Source of the DNA: a virus
Taxonomy: Duplodnaviria; Caudoviricetes
Direction: 5' to 3' (one strand)
DNA length: 64,000 nucleotides
IMG/VR virus record: IMGVR_UViG_3300021426_000068
Span: 32,001-96,000 of that record
The position numbers and the translations under genes are program-made. The notes under the pieces are model-generated. The model was not told the DNA's origin, ran no database searches, and saw only the letters and a program-made list of their open reading frames with translations. Positions 28,351 to 37,775 of the stretch are shown here, piece after piece. Positions within the stretch are counted from its first letter, which is position 1; each line of letters opens with the position of its first letter.

Positions 28351-30174
28351 TTATACTTCTTGAACAACCCAACCTGATGGAATACCATTAATCCCTGTTG
28401 GCCAAGTAACACCTGCTGCTTTAACAAATGTTCCTGAAGAAGTAATATCTCTTACCCACTGATATAAACAATTACTTGCACTTATATTTGTTGCTAAACA
28501 TTTAATATAATTTAATGATGTACAACCATAAAACATACTATAATAACAATATTGTGCTAACGTAGTAGCAGGTAATTCAGGTGCTGTGACTAAACTTGTA
28601 CAACCATTAAACATACTTTGATAACAACCATTTGCTAACGTAGTTGCAGGTAGTTCAGATGCTGTGACTAAACTTGTACAACCAATAAACATACTATAAT
28701 AACAATATTGTGCTAACGTAGTAGCAGGTAGTTCAGATGCTGTGACTAAACTTGTACAACCTTCAAACATACTATAATAACAACCAAGTGCTAACGTAGT
28801 TGCAGGTAATTCAGGTGCTGTGACTAAACTTGTACAACCAATAAACATACTATAATAACAATATTGTGCTAACGTAGTAGCAGGTAATTCAGGTGCTGTG
28901 ACTAAACTTGTACAACCAGCAAACATATTAGAATAACAATTACTTGCTAACGTAGTTGCTGGAAGTATTGAAGGTGCTGTGACTAAACTTGTACAACCAA
29001 TAAACATTTCAGCATAACAACTATCTGCTAACGTAGTAGCAGGTAATTCAGGTGCTGTTGTAAGAGAAGTACAACCACTAAACATACTATAATAACAATT
29101 ATCTGCTAACGTAGTTGCAGGTAATTCAGGTGCTGTTGTAAGAGAAGTACAACCACTAAACATTTCAGCATAACAACCAAGTGCTAACGTAGTTGCAGGT
29201 AATTCAGGTGCTGTGACTAAACTTGTACAACCAGCAAACATATTAGAATAACAATTACTTGCTAACGTAGTAGCAGGTAATTCAGGTGCTGTGACTAAAC
29301 TTGTACAACCTTCAAACATACTATAATAACAACCATCTGCTAACGTAGTAGCAGGTAATTCAGGTGCTGTGACTAAACTTGTACAATAATAAAACATACT
29401 ATAATAACAATCATCTTTTAATGTAGTAGCAGGTAAAATAAGGTTTTCAGCAGATGTTAAACCAGTACAAACAGAAAAAATTGAGAATGTATCATTTTCT
29501 GCTAATTCAATTTTATCTATAAAATCATCACCATAGATAAGACTCATTATATTTCCTTCAATTTCAAAACCAGCCGTTGAATCACTAAATAAATTAAAAA
29601 TATCTCTATTAATTCCTTTAAACATTAAAACATCACCATTTACAACTGATATTGTAGAACTTGTACTTACCCATGTCTCACCACCATCGGTTGAATATTC
29701 TAATTCATGATTATTTAAATATATTTCACCATCTTCTATTATCTTAAATGTTAAATATTGTTTACTATAATCTGGTTTTTCCTGTGCTTTTTGTGTGATT
29801 GTCCATGTACCAATAATGGAATTATTGTGCTTTGCTATAACACTACCTGTTTGTTGTTCTTCAGTTGTGTTTTCATTAAAATTAGCAGTAATATTACCAT
29901 TGTTATCAGTAATAGCCGTTACTATTCCTGTAAATTCAAAAGTAATGAAAGGATAGTTAGTGTCATATGTATTAATGATACTTGTATCGGTTGATTCAAC
30001 TTCAGTTGAATCAACACCAAAATTAAAATAATAATCTTCAGGCGTTGGTATACCATCTTTATAATAGACATCCTGACCAACGAAACTTACATTTGGTAAC
30101 ATTGGTTTACCATTAATGTAAGTTATATATTCACCATATGTTTCAAACTCCTTAAAATGTTTTAATTTACTCAT
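28351..30174 (-). CDS. Adhesin with 12 tandem 26-aa BspA-like leucine-rich repeats
   Basis: ATG at 30174 after late motif (30192-30201); PELPATTLAxxCYxxMFxGCTSLVTA repeats; GIPSGW cap. Confidence 0.8.
   Translation of the reverse strand: MSKLKHFKEFETYGEYITYINGKPMLPNVSFVGQDVYYKDGIPTPEDYYFNFGVDSTEVESTDTSIINTYDTNYPFITFEFTGIVTAITDNNGNITANFNENTTEEQQTGSVIAKHNNSIIGTWTITQKAQEKPDYSKQYLTFKIIEDGEIYLNNHELEYSTDGGETWVSTSSTISVVNGDVLMFKGINRDIFNLFSDSTAGFEIEGNIMSLIYGDDFIDKIELAENDTFSIFSVCTGLTSAENLILPATTLKDDCYYSMFYYCTSLVTAPELPATTLADGCYYSMFEGCTSLVTAPELPATTLASNCYSNMFAGCTSLVTAPELPATTLALGCYAEMFSGCTSLTTAPELPATTLADNCYYSMFSGCTSLTTAPELPATTLADSCYAEMFIGCTSLVTAPSILPATTLASNCYSNMFAGCTSLVTAPELPATTLAQYCYYSMFIGCTSLVTAPELPATTLALGCYYSMFEGCTSLVTASELPATTLAQYCYYSMFIGCTSLVTASELPATTLANGCYQSMFNGCTSLVTAPELPATTLAQYCYYSMFYGCTSLNYIKCLATNISASNCLYQWVRDITSSGTFVKAAGVTWPTGINGIPSGWVVQEV
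28505..29440 (-). repeat. Tandem 78-bp coding repeat array, 12 units
   Basis: GCTAACGTAG recurs at 78-bp period (28556, 28634, ...); one unit has an extra codon. Confidence 0.95.
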
Positions 30175-30200
30175 CTTATTTATATTTTCTTTATAAATAG

Positions 30201-30232
30201 TTTGTTTATCTAATATGTTTTTTGTATTTTTG
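30201..30232 (+). promoter_or_regulatory. Bacteroidota-type promoter (-33/-7)
   Basis: TTTG-N20-TATTTTTG upstream of 30275. Confidence 0.7.
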
Positions 30233-30274
30233 TAAAAAGACGTAATAATAAACAAATATAAACAGTTATATAGA

Positions 30275-30871
30275 ATGAAGATATTGACTGAAAAGAAATT
30301 TGAAGTTGCATGGAACAACTTTTGGAAAAGACTTACTAATATAGAATTAGACGTTAACTTTAAAGAAGAAGAATTAAAAGAAGAACTAAGAACGGCTTCA
30401 GGTGCATTAAATGATGATACAGGAATTTCTTATCCTGGTGGTTTGATTACTCATATTAATATTACTTTAGCATTAGCAGATAAAATTTATGAAACAATTT
30501 CTTCTACACCATTTAATGTTTTAAATATTGATAAAAATTCACTTGATAAAGTACTTTTACTTATGCATCTTTCTAAAATTGAAATGTATAAAGTAAATGA
30601 TAATGCATGGGAAGTTGAAAAACGTGGATTAAACTATAAATTTAATGATGAGTTAAAGGGAAGATTAAAATTTGGTGAAAGAAGTATTCTTGTTTGTATG
30701 GATGCACAAATTCCTTTAACGGAAGAAGAATTTGAAGCAATACGTTCTATTGATAGAAAAAGTGAAGGAACAGGTTCAGATATGTATGAGTCTAATTTAT
30801 CTTTAATTGTACGTCAGGTTAATGAACTTGCTTATGCTTTTGAAAGAGAACGTTATAAAACTGAAAAGTAA
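30275..30871 (+). CDS. Degenerate HD-domain (YhaM-like) protein
   Basis: YPGGLITH, LLMHLSK (for LLHDxGK), GERS, LTEEEFEAI. Confidence 0.6.
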   Translation: MKILTEKKFEVAWNNFWKRLTNIELDVNFKEEELKEELRTASGALNDDTGISYPGGLITHINITLALADKIYETISSTPFNVLNIDKNSLDKVLLLMHLSKIEMYKVNDNAWEVEKRGLNYKFNDELKGRLKFGERSILVCMDAQIPLTEEEFEAIRSIDRKSEGTGSDMYESNLSLIVRQVNELAYAFERERYKTEK

Positions 30872-31713
30872 TGAATGATTTAGATAAAGTATTAAGCCTC
30901 ATGAATAGAATGAGACTTTTTCCTGAAACTGATAAATATAAACTTAAATATTGTTTTATTATCGAAAACAAACATGAAGATTTATTAGAAGAAGGTGTTC
31001 ATAAATCATATGAAGCCAAAGATATGCTTAAGATATTACTTAAGTACTATAATATTGGTAATGAAGAAAATTTCATAGAAAACGGTAATGAAATAGGTGT
31101 ATATTTTGACGGTAGTTATAATTCTGATGGAAAATTTTATAATAATGAAATTGTTGTATTCATACTTGTTATACCAAAGGGTTTTAAAGATTTCGAAAAG
31201 ATAAAGAAGTTTTTTGAAAATTGTGGATGGATTTTAGCACAAGAGAAAGTATATTATAAAAATAATAATTACATATCTTATACTTTTCATAAAAACAAGC
31301 AAGTAAAGGCAATTGATGAATTACCAGAAGTATTATATCATTTAACGCCATTAAGTAAACTGAAAAAGATTACAAAGAATGGTTTAGTGCCAAGAACAAG
31401 TAATATAATGTCAAATAGACCAGAAAGAGTTTATTTATATACTGAAAAAATGTCTTTATTTTCTTTTCAACAGTTTGCAAATCATTTATGGAAAGCACAA
31501 TTAGAAAAACAACTTAATTTAAATGGATTAAGTAAAGAAGAAATCGCTGAAAAATTAAATCAACCAAGAACAGAAAAATATTGTTTATTAGAAATAGACA
31601 CTTCTAAATGTAATGATTTAAAAATATTTGGAGACCCTGATATGGATGGTGCTGTTTGGACATATGATAATATACCTCCACAAGCAATAAAAGTAATAAA
31701 TAAAGATATTTAA
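30871..31713 (+). CDS. ADP-ribosyltransferase-fold protein (KptA/Tpt1 NAD-lobe-like), paralog 1
   Basis: LYHLTP..KITKNGLVP..RVYL..LLEID..GAVWTYDNIPP. Confidence 0.7.
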   Translation: MNDLDKVLSLMNRMRLFPETDKYKLKYCFIIENKHEDLLEEGVHKSYEAKDMLKILLKYYNIGNEENFIENGNEIGVYFDGSYNSDGKFYNNEIVVFILVIPKGFKDFEKIKKFFENCGWILAQEKVYYKNNNYISYTFHKNKQVKAIDELPEVLYHLTPLSKLKKITKNGLVPRTSNIMSNRPERVYLYTEKMSLFSFQQFANHLWKAQLEKQLNLNGLSKEEIAEKLNQPRTEKYCLLEIDTSKCNDLKIFGDPDMDGAVWTYDNIPPQAIKVINKDI

Positions 31714-31718
31714 AAATT

Positions 31719-31970
31719 ATGAAGCCAGAGGAATTACGTATAAATGATATAATTAAGTTGGAATATCGTGGTATTCCGTGTTATGCTAAGGTTATTAAGG
31801 TTATTGAGAAAAATAATGTTTATAAAGTAAATACAAATGAACCAATTACAATTGTGTCAGTTAAGGTAATGATACCTAAAGAAGACAATAAAATTATTTA
31901 TGAATCATTTATACTTACTGAAGATAAAGATTATGAACTTATTTATGGTGATGATTTAGTTAATGGATAA
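31719..31970 (+). CDS. Hypothetical protein
   Basis: Intact ORF between paralogs. Confidence 0.55.
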   Translation: MKPEELRINDIIKLEYRGIPCYAKVIKVIEKNNVYKVNTNEPITIVSVKVMIPKEDNKIIYESFILTEDKDYELIYGDDLVNG

Positions 31971-32808
31971 TATGGATAATATGGATGAAAGGCAAAAAAT
32001 ACTTTCTTTAATGGGCAGAATGGGATTAATCACAAGTACTTCACCAGTAAGGGAAAGTAAATTTAAAACTGACATGTCAGAAACAATGCAACAAATTATT
32101 GAAGAAGGTATTCATAAATCTTATGAAGCAGAAGATATTTATAAGATTTTATTAAAAAATTATGATATTGGTTATGAAAAAACTTTTTTAAAACAAAACA
32201 AAGAAATTGGCATTGGTTTTGATACATATCGTGAGGACGGTGAATATGCAAGTGATGAAGTAAGTGTAATTGTATTATTTGTTAAGCCAGATTTTCAAGA
32301 TATTGATAAATTAAAGAAGTTTTTTGAAGTTTGTGGTTGGAAGTGTGCAGATTCTTTTCAAAGTACTTATAAAGGATATATAGGCATTCAGTTCGAAAAG
32401 AATAAACAAACAGACATGATAGATGTTCCACAATTCTTATATCATTTAACACCTTCAAATAAAGTAGAAAAGATTTTAAGAAATGGTTTAACACCACATG
32501 CAGGAAATAAAAAATCTGACCATATGGAAAGAATTTATTTTTTACAAAATAAACCAAGCAAAATACAATGTACTTTATTTGCACAAGAATTATGGCAATC
32601 TTCTATTGAAAAGAAAAGATTTTTAAAATCTAAAACATATGATGGTATAGAAAAATTGAGTAGATTTCAATACTCGTTGTTAAAAATAGATGTTGAAAAA
32701 TGTAATCCTAATATTACATTTTATGGTGACCCTAATGCTGATGGTGCTGTTTGGACTTTTGATAATATACCCCCACAAGCAATAAAAATAATATATAATA
32801 ATATATAA
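31963..32808 (+). CDS. ADP-ribosyltransferase-fold protein (KptA/Tpt1 NAD-lobe-like), paralog 2
   Basis: LYHLTP..KILRNGLTP..RIYF..LLKID..GAVWTFDNIPP. Confidence 0.7.
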   Translation: MDNMDNMDERQKILSLMGRMGLITSTSPVRESKFKTDMSETMQQIIEEGIHKSYEAEDIYKILLKNYDIGYEKTFLKQNKEIGIGFDTYREDGEYASDEVSVIVLFVKPDFQDIDKLKKFFEVCGWKCADSFQSTYKGYIGIQFEKNKQTDMIDVPQFLYHLTPSNKVEKILRNGLTPHAGNKKSDHMERIYFLQNKPSKIQCTLFAQELWQSSIEKKRFLKSKTYDGIEKLSRFQYSLLKIDVEKCNPNITFYGDPNADGAVWTFDNIPPQAIKIIYNNI

Positions 32809-32813
32809 TAATT

Positions 32814-33326
32814 ATGTCAATAAGAGTTAATTTAAAGAAATTAAATGAAAAAGCACAATTACCCAAAAAAGCAACTGAAGGTGATTTTTGTTATGATGTC
32901 TATGCAACTGATAGAGAAGAAATAATGCCAAATGTTTTTAAATATAAACTTGGTTTTTCATATGAAATAGTTAGAGACTACGTTACAATTGAAAGTTATG
33001 ACAAAGAAGCATGTACAAACGGTTTAGATATTAATCTTAAAAATTCTCCTTTAAATATAAGTATTGATTTCAGACCAAGAAGTTCAATTTATAAGACTGG
33101 TTTATCACTTGCTAATTCAACTGGCACACTTGATGAATTTTATAGAAATGAGGCATGTGCTATTTTTTACCGTATAATACCAGGACTTCCAATTTATGAA
33201 GTTGGTGAACGTATTGGTCAGATTAAACTTGGTTTTACTTTACCTTGTGAATTTGAATGGGTAGATGATATTGATAATAATACTGAACGTGGACAAGGTG
33301 GTTTTGGACATTCAGGTAATAAGTAA
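32814..33326 (+). CDS. dut: Trimeric dUTPase
   Basis: RPRSS, GTLDEFYR, ERIGQ, RGQGGFGHSG. Confidence 0.9.
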   Translation: MSIRVNLKKLNEKAQLPKKATEGDFCYDVYATDREEIMPNVFKYKLGFSYEIVRDYVTIESYDKEACTNGLDINLKNSPLNISIDFRPRSSIYKTGLSLANSTGTLDEFYRNEACAIFYRIIPGLPIYEVGERIGQIKLGFTLPCEFEWVDDIDNNTERGQGGFGHSGNK

Positions 33327-33333
33327 TGAAAAT

Positions 33334-34308
33334 ATGAAGAATATAAACAAAGAATTAGAACATCATGTTATTGTTGAATTTAAAAGAAATGGTTCTCCAA
33401 TCTTAAGTGAGACACATGGATATGTTTCCGATATTGATGATATTATTGAATATTTTAAAAAAATAGTAGAACCACAAATTATTAAAACATATGATATTAT
33501 AAATCATAAACCAGTTAATAATGTTTATCAAAGTAAAATAAATTTAAATACATTTTTTAAACGGTACACATTAGAAGTTACATTTGAAAAATCTGTTAAA
33601 ACATCATATAATGGAGGTATGTTACCGAAGTCTGTTTTTAAGAATCCATCAAAAGGTATGTGGTTATGTGAACCTATTATTAATTTAAACATTAAAGCAA
33701 ATAATGCAGTTAATGCAATGAGAATATTTTCTTTTTGTATAGGACATGAATTAACACATTGTTATGATTTATTATCATATGCAAAAGAAAATGACCAAGA
33801 CCCTTGGTATAATATAAATAAAAACAAATATTTTTCCATTAAAAATAATATGAACTTTGGTGTTGGTAATACAAAAGCAATTGCTAATATGTTATATAAT
33901 TTAAATAGAATGGAAAGAAATGCATATATAGCACAGTTAAAACAAGAATTGTTTAATATTAAAGATACAATAAAAGATTCAAAATCAGTAATATATGCGA
34001 TTAAAAACACTGACTCTTATAAAAAATTTCTTTCATTAAATAAAAATATGGAAATAATATTATCTAATACTAATAAAGATGTTCAAAATAATTTAATTAA
34101 TGATTTGAATTACATTATGGGGAAAAAATTCACAACATATAATCAATTAGTTAAATATTTTTCAAGTAGATGGAGAAAATGGAAATATAAATATCTTTCA
34201 CAAGCATCTAAAATTGCATATGATATTTTTAAAAATGGTAAAAATCAATGGATTGATAATGGAATGTTTGGAAAAGATGAAATAATAATTAACAACGATG
34301 TTAGATAA
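33334..34308 (+). CDS. HExxH zinc metallopeptidase-like protein
   Basis: GHELTH and downstream ERNAY glutamate. Confidence 0.6.
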   Translation: MKNINKELEHHVIVEFKRNGSPILSETHGYVSDIDDIIEYFKKIVEPQIIKTYDIINHKPVNNVYQSKINLNTFFKRYTLEVTFEKSVKTSYNGGMLPKSVFKNPSKGMWLCEPIINLNIKANNAVNAMRIFSFCIGHELTHCYDLLSYAKENDQDPWYNINKNKYFSIKNNMNFGVGNTKAIANMLYNLNRMERNAYIAQLKQELFNIKDTIKDSKSVIYAIKNTDSYKKFLSLNKNMEIILSNTNKDVQNNLINDLNYIMGKKFTTYNQLVKYFSSRWRKWKYKYLSQASKIAYDIFKNGKNQWIDNGMFGKDEIIINNDVR

Positions 34309-34573
34309 AGATAAAGTAATTATTGTTGTATATGTTGGAACTAATGAACTTAGTGAAACATATAATCTTGTTATTGATTTGGAAAAAAATATAAAAAACT
34401 GTTTTGATGATTCAGTGAGATTAATTTTTGTTCCTGATGTGAATAACATTGGCATAAAATTTGAATGTATTAATCCTGTTCTATTAAATGAAGAACAATA
34501 TAAGAAAGTAGAAGACAAATTAACTGTTTTAGGTAATAAAATTAAAAATTATATTGATAATGGAAAAGATTAA
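34298..34573 (+). CDS. Hypothetical protein
   Basis: Intact ORF; ECINP. Confidence 0.55.
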   Translation: MLDKDKVIIVVYVGTNELSETYNLVIDLEKNIKNCFDDSVRLIFVPDVNNIGIKFECINPVLLNEEQYKKVEDKLTVLGNKIKNYIDNGKD

Positions 34574-35693
34574 ACTTAATTATGATGACATTACCATTGT
34601 TCCAGAAGTAGTAACAAACATTTCAAGTAGAAAAGAATGTAATCCATTTGATGAAGAAGGGTATCTACCAATTTTTGCAAGTTGTATGAGTTCTGTTGTA
34701 TCAATGAGAAATGCAAGTGATTTTAATGAAGCAAAAATTAGAGTTGTAATTCCTAGAAGTTATTCAGTTGAAGAAAGGGTAAAATTTCTTCAATATGATT
34801 GCATTAATTTTGTGGCTTTTTCATTGGCTGAATCAAGAAATTTGTTTGTTGATAAACAAGTAATTTTAGAATCATCAATATCTCTTACAAAACCATTGAA
34901 AGTTTGTATTGACCTTGCTAATGGACATATGAAATGTCTTTTGGATACAGTAAAAGACATTAAGAAGATATATGGTAATAAAATTCAAATTATGACAGGA
35001 AATATTGCTAATCCTGAAACATATCGTGCTTATGAAGAAGCAGGTGTAGACTTTGTAAGGTGTTCCGTTGGTTCGGGAGATGCCTGTTTAACATCATCGA
35101 ATACGTCAATTCATATGCCAGTATTTTCTTTATTGTCAGAGACTTATGCAATTAAAAAAGAAATTAATGGTAAGTGTAAAATTATTGCTGATGGTGGAAT
35201 TAAAGGATATAGGGATATTCAGAAAGCACTACTCTATGCTGATTATGTTATGATTGGTAGTTTATTTAATCGTGCTATGGAAAGTGCAGGTAAAACCACA
35301 TATGGTAGTTTTTATTGGAACATTCGAGGAAAAAAGATATATAGACCACTTAAAACTTTGTTTTACTATGGTAAAGAAGTACCAAAAGATAAATATGAAG
35401 AAGTTTATAATTTAATTAAAGATAATAAATTAACTGTTTGGAAAGAATTCTTTGGTCAAAGTACTAAAATCGCACAAGCAATTACAGCGTCAGCAAATAC
35501 ACAAACACTTAAGGAATTAAAAACTTCAGAAGGATTATTGAAATATCAAAAAGTTGAATATACTATTAAAAAATGGGTTGAAAATGAAATTGATTATCTA
35601 CGTTCTTCAATGTCTTATACTAATTCAAGAACACTTGAAGAATATAAAGATAGTAAATGGGTACAAATAACACAAATTAGGTATAATAAGTAA
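34560..35693 (+). CDS. IMP dehydrogenase / GMP reductase family
   Basis: YDDITIVP, IDLANGH, GNIA, GSGDACLT catalytic Cys, IIADGGI, VMIGS, LRSSMSY. Confidence 0.88.
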   Translation: MEKIKLNYDDITIVPEVVTNISSRKECNPFDEEGYLPIFASCMSSVVSMRNASDFNEAKIRVVIPRSYSVEERVKFLQYDCINFVAFSLAESRNLFVDKQVILESSISLTKPLKVCIDLANGHMKCLLDTVKDIKKIYGNKIQIMTGNIANPETYRAYEEAGVDFVRCSVGSGDACLTSSNTSIHMPVFSLLSETYAIKKEINGKCKIIADGGIKGYRDIQKALLYADYVMIGSLFNRAMESAGKTTYGSFYWNIRGKKIYRPLKTLFYYGKEVPKDKYEEVYNLIKDNKLTVWKEFFGQSTKIAQAITASANTQTLKELKTSEGLLKYQKVEYTIKKWVENEIDYLRSSMSYTNSRTLEEYKDSKWVQITQIRYNK

Positions 35694-35887
35694 TGAATTT
35701 TCCTGAATATTATAAAACGATTTCTTTTGTGAATTCAGAAGGTAAAGAGTTTGTTGGTTATTTAGAACCACCATTTAGTGATGAAGATAATCCTTGGTTT
35801 TCTGTTGAAAACAATAGAAATGAAAGACAAGGTGTTGGTGGAATTATGTTTCATCCAGACGATATAGTTATATGGAAATATATTTAA
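35693..35887 (+). CDS. Small hypothetical protein
   Basis: Intact ORF overlapping upstream stop. Confidence 0.5.
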   Translation: MNFPEYYKTISFVNSEGKEFVGYLEPPFSDEDNPWFSVENNRNERQGVGGIMFHPDDIVIWKYI

Positions 35888-35891
35888 TATT

Positions 35892-35921
35892 TGGCACGAT
35901 TATTGTAATAGATAATCGTGC
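35892..35921 (+). promoter_or_regulatory. Hairpin overlapping a sigma54-like -24/-12 sequence
   Basis: GCACGATTAT-N8-ATAATCGTGC; TGGCACG-ATTA-TTGT. Confidence 0.35.
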
Positions 35922-35939
35922 TTTAAATTTTATTTTATT

Positions 35940-36446
35940 ATGAATGTGTTAAATTTTATTTTATTTCTTATAGGTGGAGTTATCTTTGTCTCATCTATGT
36001 TTAATTGTGCTACTTATGGTGCACTTTTCTTTGATAGAAACTATTATTGTATCGAAAAATTCAGAACTGTTCAAAAAGTAACTGACTTAATTGGTATTAT
36101 ACATTGGTTCACATGTATGATGTTTGCAGCATTTCTAATGTTTTATACTGTAAATAATTTTAAATATAATGTTGAAAACAATGACTTTGTTCTTAATATG
36201 TTTTGGTTCACATGTATGGTTTTTGTAGCATTAGATATGCTTGTTAGTGGATTATTAATAACGAAACATAAAATGACAACTGTTAGAGATGATATTATGC
36301 ATCAATGGAAAACACAAAAACATATTACAAAAGAAAATAATCATGAAGTAAATCTTTACAATGGATGTAAACATGTAACAGTTGATTATCCAAAACAAAC
36401 ATCATTTATTGTTATTACATTGATAATTTTTAACTTTTTCATATAA
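35940..36446 (+). CDS. Multi-pass membrane protein
   Basis: About 4 hydrophobic helices; internal repeat WFTCM. Confidence 0.6.
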   Translation: MNVLNFILFLIGGVIFVSSMFNCATYGALFFDRNYYCIEKFRTVQKVTDLIGIIHWFTCMMFAAFLMFYTVNNFKYNVENNDFVLNMFWFTCMVFVALDMLVSGLLITKHKMTTVRDDIMHQWKTQKHITKENNHEVNLYNGCKHVTVDYPKQTSFIVITLIIFNFFI

Positions 36447-36461
36447 AAAATAATTTGATTT

Positions 36462-36695
36462 ATGAAAATTAGACGATTTAATTGGAAAAAAAGAAACACT
36501 AACGAAGAAGAACGTAGAAATCCAACAGATGAAGAGTGTGAAATGTTGATTAAAATGTTTGAAGAATGTAATTGGTGTACCATCCGTGATATTTTAATTG
36601 AAAGTGGATTAACTGATGAGGATTTTCCATGTTTTGCTAAGGATTTGGTGAAGGGAAATTTGATGGCATTTAAGCCAAGAAGTTTACAAAAATAA
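36462..36695 (+). CDS. Hypothetical protein
   Basis: Intact ORF. Confidence 0.5.
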   Translation: MKIRRFNWKKRNTNEEERRNPTDEECEMLIKMFEECNWCTIRDILIESGLTDEDFPCFAKDLVKGNLMAFKPRSLQK

Positions 36696-36723
36696 AAGCC
36701 GTAGAAAAATTCTACGGCTTTTT
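36694..36723. terminator. Bidirectional intrinsic terminator
   Basis: AAAAGCCGTAGAA-AAA-TTCTACGGCTTTT. Confidence 0.85.
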
Positions 36724-36728
36724 ATTGT

Positions 36729-37337
36729 TTAAACTGTAAGTGGTTGACCCACATTTTTAGGAACATTTCTTGTTGGAATATTTGATTTTACTCTATTACC
36801 TTGTCCTTGTGTAAATGCTGGTACAGGTGCTTGTACTGGTTGTGCAGTAGATTGACGTTTATTTACTGCTGTTTTTTCTAAACCATACTGTTTTGTTATC
36901 TTATTTGCTTGTGCTTTTAATCTGTTAGCCATAGCCATATATTCTTTAGCTTGTGCTAATAATTGTTCTGCTTGTTCAGATGCTGTATTAGGCATTTTTG
37001 ACAAAGGATTAGTCATGCTTCTTCTTGTATCATCATAATCATGTTCGTCTTTAAAACCTTCAGTACCTCTATCCATTGATTTTTGATAGTTATATCCTTG
37101 TTTTGCACCTTTAAAAGCACCTTTTAAATTATTCCATAATCCTTCATCCATATCAGATTCTTTAAGAATTCTTAAAGCACTTTCTGTAATTATATTATGG
37201 AGTTCTTGTTCTGTTATTTTAACAGAACTTTTTTTATTTTCATTGATTTTTTTCTTGTTTTCTTGTTTCATTTCTTTAATAACTTCAACAATACTTTCAG
37301 AAATGATATTTTGTAATTTATCTTCAGTTATTTTCAT
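36729..37337 (-). CDS. Putative internal head protein with duplicated KITExxLxxIIxES leader
   Basis: KITEDKLQNIISES and KITEQELHNIITES; late motif at 37355-37364. Confidence 0.6.
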   Translation of the reverse strand: MKITEDKLQNIISESIVEVIKEMKQENKKKINENKKSSVKITEQELHNIITESALRILKESDMDEGLWNNLKGAFKGAKQGYNYQKSMDRGTEGFKDEHDYDDTRRSMTNPLSKMPNTASEQAEQLLAQAKEYMAMANRLKAQANKITKQYGLEKTAVNKRQSTAQPVQAPVPAFTQGQGNRVKSNIPTRNVPKNVGQPLTV

Positions 37338-37424
37338 AATTTAAATATTTTTAATATAAATAGTAAAGAAACATATAAAAACTTTACTTTTTCATAATAA
37401 AATTTATTTTTATAAAAAACAAAT

Positions 37425-37775
37425 ATGGAAAAAAACATAAATGAAGATATTATTGAAAATAAAGTAGAAGAAAATAATAACATAATATTTTCTAAAAATA
37501 AAATATCTGATTATTCTATAATTGAATTAATACAATTAGAGTCTGCTGCTCGTTTACTTTATTCAATTAATGAAAATGAATATATTACATTTAGAGGACA
37601 ATTATCACCAACAGGTGTTAAGATGTATAAAGATTCATTAAATAAAATGGAAAAAAAAGTAAAAAAATATGGTAAAATAAGACAAAATTTACTTCAAGAA
37701 ATTGGATTAAGAATAGAAGAAATTGAAACATTTTTTGAAAATGGAAAAGAAGAAAACGAAACAAATGAATTTTAA
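37425..37775 (+). CDS. Hypothetical protein
   Basis: Intact ORF. Confidence 0.55.
   Translation: MEKNINEDIIENKVEENNNIIFSKNKISDYSIIELIQLESAARLLYSINENEYITFRGQLSPTGVKMYKDSLNKMEKKVKKYGKIRQNLLQEIGLRIEEIETFFENGKEENETNEF

Noticed and set aside
28505-29440. CRISPR-like array
   Set aside because: Period is an in-frame 78 bp inside an ORF, variable parts are a few codons, and no cas genes are present
30175-30318. 48-aa N-terminal extension (apparent signal peptide) of the LRR protein
   Set aside because: It spans the late motif and the divergent promoter, and homology with the 9268 protein begins at ATG 30174
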